From Plasmodiophora brassicae (Eukaryota): DNA of 64,000 bases. Position numbers and translations under genes: made by a program. Location of the stretch: assembly GCA_036867785.1 (NCBI GenBank), contig CP145419.1, forward strand, positions 744,001-808,000, given 5' to 3'. The notes below the pieces were generated by a model. The model made no database searches and had not been told where the DNA came from. It worked only from the letters and a program-made list of their open reading frames with translations. How positions within the stretch are numbered: position 1 is the stretch's first letter; each line of letters opens with the position of its first letter. Shown piece by piece: positions 12,715 through 23,600 of the stretch.

Positions 12715-13440
12715 ACGTCTGCCCGCCCATGCCACGCGCGAAGCCCGCAGGCACTGGCACACCTGAACATACGGGGCACGGCCATTGCTCGTGCCGCTGC
12801 TGGCGACGCAATGCTCTCCGCCCTATATAGGGAACGCGAGAGTCAAATGACCAGCGTAACACATGATCCGATTGGATGCACATCCCACCTGCACAAACGG
12901 GGCGGATTCGCGAATGTCGCGCTGGGCGGCGGCCACGTCTGTCGCCTGGACAACAATGCCAGATCATCGTCAGAAGGCAATCCCGAATGACAGATTCCGG
13001 GCAACCACACCTGCAAGTACGAGCACGCCAGCGCCAATTTGTCGTTGCGGGTGAGGTCGTGCTGCGGTGGCCGTCTCGTGATGAGCTCGATGAAGGCGCC
13101 GCGTTGGTCCAGCCAGACAACGGGCGACGTGGGGCGTTGCAGGCCGGCCCGGTCGGCATGTTGCTGTCGGATGGCGACCCCCGTGTGGGCCGGGTCGCCG
13201 GCCGTCACAACCTTTTCTGGCGTCCTGCGCCAGTCACGAAGGTCAGCCCATCCATGCCGCTGGCGATCGAGCGTCCAGCGACGTCGGCCGCCTACCGATG
13301 CGACACCGAGCGAGCTCGCGACGACCGGCGTGAGCGGAACAGTCGACGGACTGGAGGAGAACAGAACGTCAGTGCTGTTAGCGGTGAGTGCGCCGTCGGT
13401 CGTACGTACACCAGGCTCCTGCGCCAGCGAAGACTTGCAT
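12715..13440 (-). CDS. Hypothetical protein, multi-exon
   Basis: Open frame ...VVWLDQRGAFIELITRRPPQHDLTRNDKLALACSYLQ with flanking GT-AG introns; no domain recognised. Confidence 0.35.
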
Positions 13441-14951
13441 GATCACCCTCCCTGGCTGTGATCGTTCGTTCGACACGCGTCGCTTCCGGTCAAACTCAAC
13501 TGGCTTTGCGTAACGTGCCCGTCCTCCGATCATATCTGGGTATCCGGCTGGCCGGCTCGTATCACGATCTGCCCGTACCCGTATTAATTATCTTCAGCCA
13601 CACTGCAGGAATTCGCCTGTTTCCCGTCCCACGAGTCCGTTGCTCAGTGGTCCACTCAGCACCTGTCACCTCTTCAGTCAGGCACCGGAACGGCTGTTGT
13701 GTCCCGCCATTGTGTATTCGCCTGCCGACCTGTCGCAACAAACCTGCTGTTGCGCCAGGTGACGTCCAGTCCGTTTGTTCATGAATAAACGATTAAAGAA
13801 TGGTCACGAGCGTCCTCCCCGCTGATCGCTGCCATCTGTTCGGCAAGCGACGCGACGAAGCATGGGCATTCGTCGCTATCGTGTTGCTGCACTCGGTGGC
13901 ACATGTTTCAACGTGCGTCGAGTGGTTACAGCGCGCGGTCTAGGAAGGTCGTTATGTGTACATACGACCAAATTAGTGACTACCGGTACTCAGACATGGT
14001 CCGCGCGTACAGCAGAGATAACAAGGAAAGCGTCAAGGCCGACATAGACGACGCCAAAGAACCGGAACCCAACGATAATGGCACAGATAACAGCAGGGAA
14101 AACGACTGAGACTCTGAATCTGATATAATATATGTCAACTCCCGCAGAAGCAAAAGTACCTTGAATTATAGGGCGCAGCGAGGAGATCGACCAGCTGGCC
14201 AAACGAGCGGCCAGGAAGGGCCTGAGAAATATCACACGCACGCCGCTCCTGTCCTCCTACAAACTCCACCTACGATGCGTGGAGGCCTGACGATTAGAAG
14301 GATCACTTGAGCAGTTGGAAGGCAAAGGGGCGCCTGAAAAACAGGCGACCTCCTCCCACAAGGGGGATGGATGTCGTCAATAGTGTACGATAGATCAACC
14401 AGAGTAAGAAAGATCAAAGTCTATAAACCTTTGGGGACTCGCAGAGCCCTTAGATCGCCCCAGAGTCGCCAGACGGCAAGATCCCATCACAAAGGTGACT
14501 AGGCCGGCGCCGGCACAGCTGAACCTACGGGTCGTCCTCGGACTCGAGACCGAGGCGCCTGCGTGAAGAGCGCGAAACCCAAATAAACTAAACGACACTA
14601 CACTAACTCCAGCTGGCGTTACGTTCCCTGCCGACAGCACCGGCAATGATCAGCTAGGGCAAACGAGGCAAATCAGCACGTCCCGGGCGTACATTCGCAA
14701 ACGCTGTGCCGTACCACACCCGAGCACCGATATGGCCGTTAGCCTGTGTCCTCGAACGTCCTGTCCGACATTCCTATGTAGGGCGGCCGTCGTACAAGTG
14801 TCCTGTTCCGGAACGCGCTATTTGTGGGTTGTCTGCTTGCCGCGGATTTCGCGCGGGCGCCGGCCGTCCAGGCCCTGGAGACTGCGCCCCCGGCCTCGCG
14901 CGGGACTCATTCTGCAAGCTGCTGCGGGTGCATCCACGAGCCACGTCGGCA

Positions 14952-17320
14952 ATGGCGCTCTGGAAATCGTACGCATTGCTCTTCGCGTTCCTTGCCGGGC
15001 GCTGCGCTCTCGGTGGCGATGACGACGCCGTCAGCGACGCAGTCAAGACCCGAGACTTCGACCTGAATATGGCGTGGGACGCTGATCAAGACCCTGTCCA
15101 CGACATGACGTCAAACGCGGTGCCCAACCGCGCCAACCCTCCTTTTATGGTCGCTGATGACGCCGATGACGACGTCAACGGCGATGCAGTCGACACCAAC
15201 GTGGACCGGAATATTGCCTGGTGTGCTCATCGAGACCTAGACCACAGCGTGGCGTCAAACACGGTGACGAATCACGCCCATCTCTCCTTTTATTGCCGCT
15301 GCTGACATCTGCCAGGGAATGAACGACATCGGCAACCTGGGCGACGCCGCCGTCGACGTGGCGATGTCAACGGCAGAGTCTAACAGAGGACGTGATCCAG
15401 CATCGTACGCCACCGATCACCTGCTCAGCAGCCCGCCAATCTGGGCCCCGACGGACGTCGTCAGCTACATGCATGGCTCTGTTGGGCAAACGTGGGTATC
15501 GTACAATCAACACCAGATCATGACGTCTAACTTTGCTGCTGGGGCGACAACATCCAGCTCGATCCCTCAGGGCACAACAGTTACGTGTGGCCAATGCGCA
15601 GGCCTCTTTATATACGGACTGATCCGTAAGCTCCTTAAATAGCCTATTCACGGACTAGAACAGGAGGTTGTTTACGGATTACACGGATCACCGTAAGGGA
15701 TGGAGCATTCTGTTGGAATTTATTGTTCTACACGAACGTCAGCGCCTGAATGTTGCGCTCCTTCAAGGGACAGGTCGGTGATGGCCATTCGGTGGACGTC
15801 TTTCTCTGACTTCACGATGGAGAAATCGCTCTCGACTTGCGCAGTCCCAGGAAAGACGGTTGCCAGGCCATCGCTGAACCTCTACAAAGATAGGAAGCGC
15901 CCCTGCACTACTTTCCAGCTGGATTCAAAGGTGGAAGTTCCGCTTAAGGCATCGAGAGATGCTCGCAGAACTGGTTCGCGAGAATATGCGGCAACCAGCT
16001 CCTGATGTTCCTGTTCTATGGCATCAATATCGGTCCGGGTCCAGCGAACCAGTAGACGGTCAATGTGTCGGCGAACACCAACACAAAACTGCCTCGGAGG
16101 CAAGGTAACAAGTTCTTGCGGCGTGACAGGAGGGACGTGGTCAGCGCTGGCGACATTATTCTCGTCGCGTTCTGCAACAATGCTCGAGATACCGGACAGA
16201 GACGACGAGTACAGGTGGATCGTGTTGTCGACAACATTGGCGAAGGTCCCTGAGCCCATCCAATGCGGCCATGAACAAACGAACCCATGTCCAGAATACA
16301 GTTCTCGACACGTTGGCGATTGACGCCGACCGGTGGCATTTCGACAGCACCCACGTCTCGTCGAGTTCGTCAACCTGTTCCATGTTTCAACAGCTCACGC
16401 CCTTGGACCTGGTTCAACAATCTGGAGCAAAGGTCGCCAAGCGCCTGACGCTGAATGCTGACGGTGAGTTCGGGACTTTGGATCGTCCTGAAAGTAACCA
16501 TGCAAGTTGCGGCGAATTCGTGTACAACCAACATCATAACCCACCACTCGGGAGGTGTCTTTCACTCGCGTTGTGGGCTTGCGCTTCGCGCCGACCTTCT
16601 CCTCCCTGCCGAAGTGGGCGCAGAAGAGACATTCCACCCCTATCACAACATTCGTGTGTTGCTGGTGGGACTGGGTGGGGCGAACGGCGTAATCAACCGG
16701 GTGAGAGGCCTGGAAATCCGTTGTACGCGCTCCCGACGGCATGACAACCACGAAAACTACCCCAACGCGAACTCGCTTATTTATGGACTGACCGCCAGCT
16801 TGATTACGGCGCGCCACGGACTTTTGGGGTCAAAATCCGTATATAAAGAGGCCTGCCAATGCGGCAACCAGTTTTTCAACAAATCTAGCCTAAGGCGGCA
16901 TTTGACACGCGGTTGCAAGGGGCCGGAGCCGACCACATCCAGCTCGGTCCCGAAGGACACTATGTGTGTCCAATGCGGCAAGAAGCTTTCCACCGAATGG
17001 AACCTAAGGCGGCACATGATACGCGGTTGCAAGGCGCCGGGGCCGACCACATCCAGCTCGGTCCCGGATGCCACCACAGTTACGTGCGTTCATTGCCGCA
17101 AGAAGGTATTCAAACATAATCTACTTCGACACCAATACCGCTGCAAGGCTCTCAAGGTGCAGACGTTGTCCTATTGCCCATAGACCATATTGCCCAAATC
17201 ATCTCGGGTTTCGCCATCGCCACTTCCTGTGCAGACACCTGAGGACTCCCCCCCCCCCCCACACATAATGAAGCTGGCACAGAATTATTGGGACTCGTCA
17301 CCGGATGGCTGGCTGTTGCC
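14952..17320 (+). pseudogene. Secreted zinc-finger protein, copy 1, disrupted
   Basis: Signal peptide MALWKSYALLFAFLAGRCALG; intron 15264-15315; C2HC/C2H2 fingers; hAT insertion in the first finger; 7-bp frameshifting insertion at 17183-17189; LTR insertion at 17321; paralog of 37412-38288. Confidence 0.85.
15599..16855 (-). mobile_element. Non-autonomous hAT DNA transposon (1257 bp) with a transposase C-terminal remnant
   Basis: 20-bp TIR CAGGCCTCTTTATATACGGA; 8-bp TSD CCAATGCG (15591-15598, 16856-16863); minus-strand GLATVFPGTAQVESDFSIVKSEKD...TDLSLEG. Confidence 0.92.
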
Positions 17321-17543
17321 TGTGCCGGCTCCAAGCTATAAGACAAGAATAGCTGTGATCCGGCTAGGCCGCCCTAAGAATGACGGACATGCACGGAGTG
17401 CGCACGGAGTCCGCACGGCGTCCGCGGGAGCTGCAGGTCGGGGACACAGACGATTATACTACACGGCTGATATACCATCACCGTTGGGACGTCACAGAGA
17501 TCTCTTGAACATCCTTTCGGGGAAGGTTTCAAAGAAGGACGCG

Positions 17544-20500
17544 ATGGTGGCCACCGCGCAGGAGATGCTGCTGGAAGATGACGTCGATGATCGACAACAA
17601 GGACAGAGCGTGCAAGGCTCAACGATCGTCCTGCAGATGAACAAGGCGCCGACCTTGAAGAGCATGGACCGCAAGGCCGTCACGACGTTCATGGCCGAGC
17701 TGAAGACGTATCGGAATCACTTCCGGGACGATCCGAATGCCAAAGGCCAGATCCCACGGTCAGTGAGGAGTATGATCGACCCCGGTCTGCTCAGGGCGAT
17801 CTGCAAGTGGGAACTCGGCACGGACGCCGAGGGGGTGACGGAGAGCGACCTGATGGACTGGATGAAGAGGCATCTGGAGCAGGATCGCTCGACGGACGCG
17901 AACATCGACCGGGAGATGCGGAAGCTGGCGATGAAGCTGACCATCACCACACCAGCGGCAAGGGTCGTGAACCTCGTGCAGCAGTACGAGGAATTGGTCG
18001 CGCGCAACGGGTGGCAGGACCTCTTCACGTCCCGCGAGGGACGGAAGAACCTGGTCAAGTACCTACTGGGTGCTGTGCGCCCATCCGGTTTACAAGCGCT
18101 CATGCGGACCCTCGTCATGAAGCGCCAGACCGATCTCCAGAAGGACCCTTTGGAATTCTATCGGGTGCTGAAGGAACGGGCTGCATCGTATGAGGAGACG
18201 ATGTTGTACATGGAGCCGGGACGTGAGGATGGCAAGGGGAAGGGAAAGGTCAAACCCACCCCGAAGAAGCGAGGGGCGCAGACGGATGAAGGAGGCGATG
18301 GAGGCCGGGACACGAAACGACACCGGAAGGACCTGCGATGTTTCAACTGTGACGAGGTTGGACATCCAGCGTTTCGTTGCCCGAAGAAGCCTACCAAGAA
18401 GCAGGTCGCAGACCTGCTGAAGGATCGCCGCAAGGGGCCAACGGGAAGGGATGGACCCCGTAAGGCCAAATCTGATAAAGATGACGACTTGTCAGAGTAC
18501 CCATGGCTTCCAGTGGTAGGAAGAGTGTCGGAGGGGGCGCAGAGGACAGGGGACCAAGTAGTCGTTCGTGTAAACGGACATGAGGAAGACTACGTTGGGG
18601 TTCTGGACAGTGGAGCGACATCGGTTGACGTTCTGATGCCATTGACCATAGCGCGCGAGCTAATGGAGCGGGACCCATTGTTAACAATGGAGAACCTCCA
18701 GAAGCCGGAAACGTTCTGTCTGGTAGACAGAGAAACGAAGCACACAGCCTACCATGTGATGATACTGGATCTGGGACTGACGACGACGGCAGGCGAACTG
18801 ATCACTCGCCGGCGCCGATGCCTTGTATGGGACATTCCTGAAAAGGAAATAATCCTAGGGGAGAGGCTGTTGGACGAGTTGGGTATCCACCCAAAGAAGG
18901 CCCTGGACGTACTCATTAAGAGCACGCCGAAGAAGGGGAATGACGTCATGGATGAAGTGCACAATATGGCAAACGAGATGCCACCTCTCTGGGAAGGGGA
19001 GGAAGAGGAAACAGAGGATGTGAGGATCGGAACCGATTCCACAGACTCCCTGGAAAGGGAGATGGACGGGATGGCCGAGCGCGCATTGAGGAATGGCCTA
19101 CCGCAAGCGATGGGGAAATCGCTTCGGAAACTCGTCAGAAGATATAGGGACGTTTGGCGTATGAGCATTGGACCTGATGGTCCAGCCAGGGTTACACCAT
19201 TTGTCACGGAGCTGAAACCGGATGCGGAACCTTACAGGTGCCGAGCCAGAAAGTACAGTATGGAGGACAGTGCTTTCATGGAGGAATTCGTCGCCCAATT
19301 GAAGAAGTATGGCCTAGTCGTTGAAAACTACAACGCGAAGTGGGCTTCACCGGTGGTGGTGGTGACGAAGCCAGGGGGCGGAAAGCGGTTCTGTGTTGAT
19401 CTCAGAGCTGTTAATGCCAAATGTGTCGCCGTGGCGTGGCCTATGCCACATCAGGAGGCGATACTCAGGAACCTGGCAGGCTCGAGGTTCTGGTTTAAGC
19501 TAGATGCGTTCAAAGGCTTCTGGATGATGCCGCTGGATGAAGCGTGTCAGGAGATCTTCTCCTTCATGACAGATAAGGGGGTGTATAAGCCAACGAGGTC
19601 GATGCAGGGGGGAATGAACTCCGCCCCTCAGTATCAAGGGAGGATGTTTGAGGTGTTCGGGGAACTTATGTTCCACAAACTAATCATATGGATCGATGAT
19701 CTAATGGGGCATGCCCAAAGGGAGGATGATTGGTTCCGAACGTTGGAACGGACTCTGATGCTAGCCGAACGGCACAGCATCAAGTTCAACGTGGAGAAGT
19801 GTGAGCTCTTCACAACAGAGGTTCGGTTCTGTGGAAGGATATTCACGCCAGAAGGGGTAAGGCACGATCCTGCTAGGATTGAGGCTTTAATGGCGATACC
19901 ACAGCCGAGGACGGCAAGGGACTTGCAACAATTCCTTATGGCAACTCAGTGGATGAGTAGGTCCATCCCTGAGTACAACAGGAAGGTACACCTGTTACAG
20001 AGGATATACGAGGATGCAATGAAGGACCAACCTGGCAGGACGAAAGCCATTGCCAGGAGGGTGCGATTGTGCAAATATGGATGGTCACCCGAACATGCGC
20101 TGGCATTCGAGAAACTGAAGATGGCAGTGGCGGACACGGTCCAACTAGCGTACCCGCGAAAGGACCGGATCCAATGCCTATTCTCAGATGCAAATGAGGT
20201 TAACAGCGCGGCGGTAGTCACACAGATTCCGCCTGAGGACTTGGGTAAACCAGTGCATGGGCAGCGACATGAACCGCTGGGTTTCGTCGGACACAAGTTC
20301 GCGGGCCCAGAGCGGAACTGGTCCACGGTGGAGAAGGAAGGGTTCGCGATCAAGGATGGGATTGACAAACTGGACTATCTCGTTACAACCAACGAGCAGT
20401 TTCGTTTGTTTACCGATCATAGGAATCTCGTGAGGATATTCTCACCAACGGACGTGTCAAAGCCAACGGCGCAGAAACTGCAACGATGGGCACTGGACAT

Positions 20501-20612
20501 ACAGAGGGTCAACTACGTCATTGAACACATTGCGGGGGAGGACAATGTGTGGTCGGATCTTATGACGCGGTGGGGTGCACCGGACGGTGGGCCTGATGAC
20601 CAGCACCTAGAG
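17544..20612 (+). pseudogene. Family A copy 1 gag-pol, 5' part (Gag, PR, RT, RNase H)
   Basis: ATG at 17544; CFNCDEVGHPAFRC, VLDSGA, LDAFKGFW, WIDDL; broken by the family B insertion. Confidence 0.92.
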
Positions 20613-23600
20613 TGTTCATCCAGAGTACCAGTACTCAGATGATGCTGCTCAGATGCTGCTGCCACCCGGTCACATGATCATGACCGTACTCGACCCCGCA
20701 GCGGCCCTTGCTGTGACGATCCTGTCCAAATACATCAGTTCGTTATATCACCAGGCGCCGACTCTTGCGACCGACCGCCCCCGTAGTGGGCAGCGGCGGC
20801 GTTAGCACAGAAGCTTCTTGCGCAAAGAGCCCCAAGCAAACGAACTCACTTAATGGCAGGAGGTGGCCGCAGAGCGCCCGTTCGTCTACAGATGGAGGAC
20901 GACGCCAGGACCAACTCCGACGCCGAGGCCAAGGAGCATGAATCGTCGACAGATGACGAAATCGATCGAGGGCTTCAGTCAACAAACCTGCACGGTAAGA
21001 GCCCGATCTTTATGCCTTTGAAACCGCCCATCCTACGTACCCTGAGCCTTACGGCCAAGGACGGAATTAACGATTTCCTCAAGAAATATAGGAAACACGT
21101 CGAGATCGTTAACGAGCGCCGACTGATCTACAAGGAGGATATTCATCCGCCAACGGTGAAGTCATGCATTACCGAGGACGTCCTCAGAGGGATGTCGAAA
21201 TATCGCCTACGTCAACCCGCCAGCACGATCACGGATGGCGACATCATGAGCTACTTGAGGTCAGTCCAACGCAGGGAGGCTGATGTCGAGAGTTCGACAG
21301 ACATCAAGGCGCTTCTCACGAAGACAGTGGTCATGAACCTGTCAATCAAGAGTATTGAGGAACGTGTCACGTCTTTCTTCGCCAAGTTCGATGAGCTAAT
21401 CGACGACTATGGGCTACAAGACACATACGCCAAAGGAACGAAAGGAACCAAGCGCAAGATCAAGGTATTACGCGGAGGTATCCGTCCCACTGACCTTGCG
21501 GTTCTAGTCGAACGCGCGATCGAGTTCGGAGGGTGCAGGGACGCTGAGAAGGACGAGCTCAAATTCTTCGACCTCGTCGACCGTCTTGCCAAAGAGCAGG
21601 ACAAACACTTCCGGCTGCAAGCTGAGAAGAAGAAGTCTCCAGCGCAGACCATGTCCCCACCTGCAGGTAAGAAAGGTAAGGACGTTGTTGCTCCGAATAG
21701 GAATGGCGGCAAGCATCCGACAAATCCGATCGGACTGAAGACAGCTCAATCGTCCACATCGCAAACGAAAGACGAATCGAGGGACATCCCCGAGCACATC
21801 CGAAAACGTTTCGAAGGTAAGGATCCTCCAAAGGCAGGTTGCCTAATCTGCAAGGAGCAGCACTGGGTCCAAGTGTGCCCGAAGGCAACTCAAGGAGAAC
21901 GCAAAGCTGCCATTGAAAAGTTCCAGAAAGAGCGCAAAGAGAAGGAGGAGAGTAAGGGCAACGCAGACACGGCAAAGCGCATGGGCCCGCCGTCGCCGTC
22001 AACACCGTCCCCTATGAGACTTCGCTTCCAGAACTCGCTCGACCTTCCATTCGAAGCCGATAGTGGTGCGACGAAGACCGTCATTTCGCAATCGCAACTG
22101 CTACGGATTCAAGCCATCCAGCATGTCCCAGTCAAAGTGTTCGACCATCCAACGGAGGCGAAACTTGCAACGATCGGGGCTACGACAACAATTGTCGCCA
22201 CAGCGATCGTGGACATCACCATTGTCCCACCTTCGCATGGCAAACCTGCACATCTACGCGGGCGGGAAATCAACGTATGTCGCGAAGACCTATCTGATGA
22301 CATTGTCCTTTTAGGAGCCCCGGAACTGGACGCGTTGGGTATCAATCCAGCTACACAACTGAAGGAGATGTTAATCGAGGCAAATGGTCCTATCATCATC
22401 GAAGCGGATCCGACCCCGGAACGTCACGCCCCAGGTGGTCAAGGGATCACGATGAGAGCGGTAAGACACCCGGAGGTAAGTGGAACAACTCGCGATCATG
22501 AGCCCCAATTGGACACCAATGATCCGGGTGACGACTATGATGTCGAAATCGGAGAACACTCCGATACAGACGTGGACAGGGCAATAGACCGGATGATACA
22601 ACGTGCAACTGACTCCGGTTTCCCTAACGATCAAGTCCCGCGTCTACGCACAACTGTCAATCGACACAAAGACATATGGCGAACGAAGCTTGGCCGTGAT
22701 CCACCTGCGAAAGTAAGTCCACTGAAACTACACTTCAAAGCAGATGCTCGTCCTGTTCGTTGCCGAACACGAAGGTATACCCTCGAACATCAAAAATTCA
22801 TGGATGATCACGTAGGAACCTTGGCGGAAAACGATTTTGTGTACCGCAATCCGCACAGCAGGTACGCGTCGCCGTGTCTGGTCGTCGACAAGAAGGACAC
22901 GGAGGTTCGCGGCCATCGGCTGACCGTCGACATCAATGAAGCCGTCAACAAACAGACCGAACGCATTGCATGGCCGATGCCTCACATCGACATCATCCTG
23001 ACCTACCTACGTTCCGCGACCATCTTCATGCTGTTCGATGCCTTTAAAGGCTATTGGCAATTTCCGTTGCACCCTGATTCGCAGGAGGCCTGCTCGTTCA
23101 TGACGCACATCGCCACGTTTACACCCAGGCGCATCATCCAGGGAATCGCTGATTGCGTGTTTGCGTTCCAGGCGGGAATGCAACAGGTGTTGGGGAAACT
23201 TCTATATATCTGCGCCCTACTCTGGATCGACGATATCCTCGGCTACGTATCTGGATTCGGAGCCTACATGGACACACTCGAATCTCTTCTCAACGCTTTC
23301 GACGAGTTTGGAGTTAAACTCAACCCTGATCGCTGCCAGTTATATCTCACTTCAGTGACATGGTGCGGTCGCGTTATATCCGCTGATGGAGTGTCGTTCG
23401 ATCGCTCGTATCTCAACGCCTTGCACGATCTATCAACTCCTATCACGGCTGCTGATCTCCAACAGTTCCTCTCGGGCCTCAATTGGGTCCGTTCTGTTAT
23501 CCCTCAATTCGCGGCACATGTTCATCCGCTACAGGATCTACTTCTGTCCGCTTCTCGTTCTGTCAGCAGTCTGAAGAAATCACACCTACGTCGAGTTCGT

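Noticed and set aside
16455-17183. 242-aa zinc-finger ORF as a stand-alone gene
   Set aside because: It is a chimera of the hAT end and the 3' half of the disrupted effector gene.
17190-17543. N-terminal extension of the 1150-aa ORF through the LTR (also 33327-33635 and 48041-48075)
   Set aside because: The LTR happens to be open in frame with gag; the starts are non-ATG or flank-derived and differ between copies. The gag ATG is at 17544/33326.
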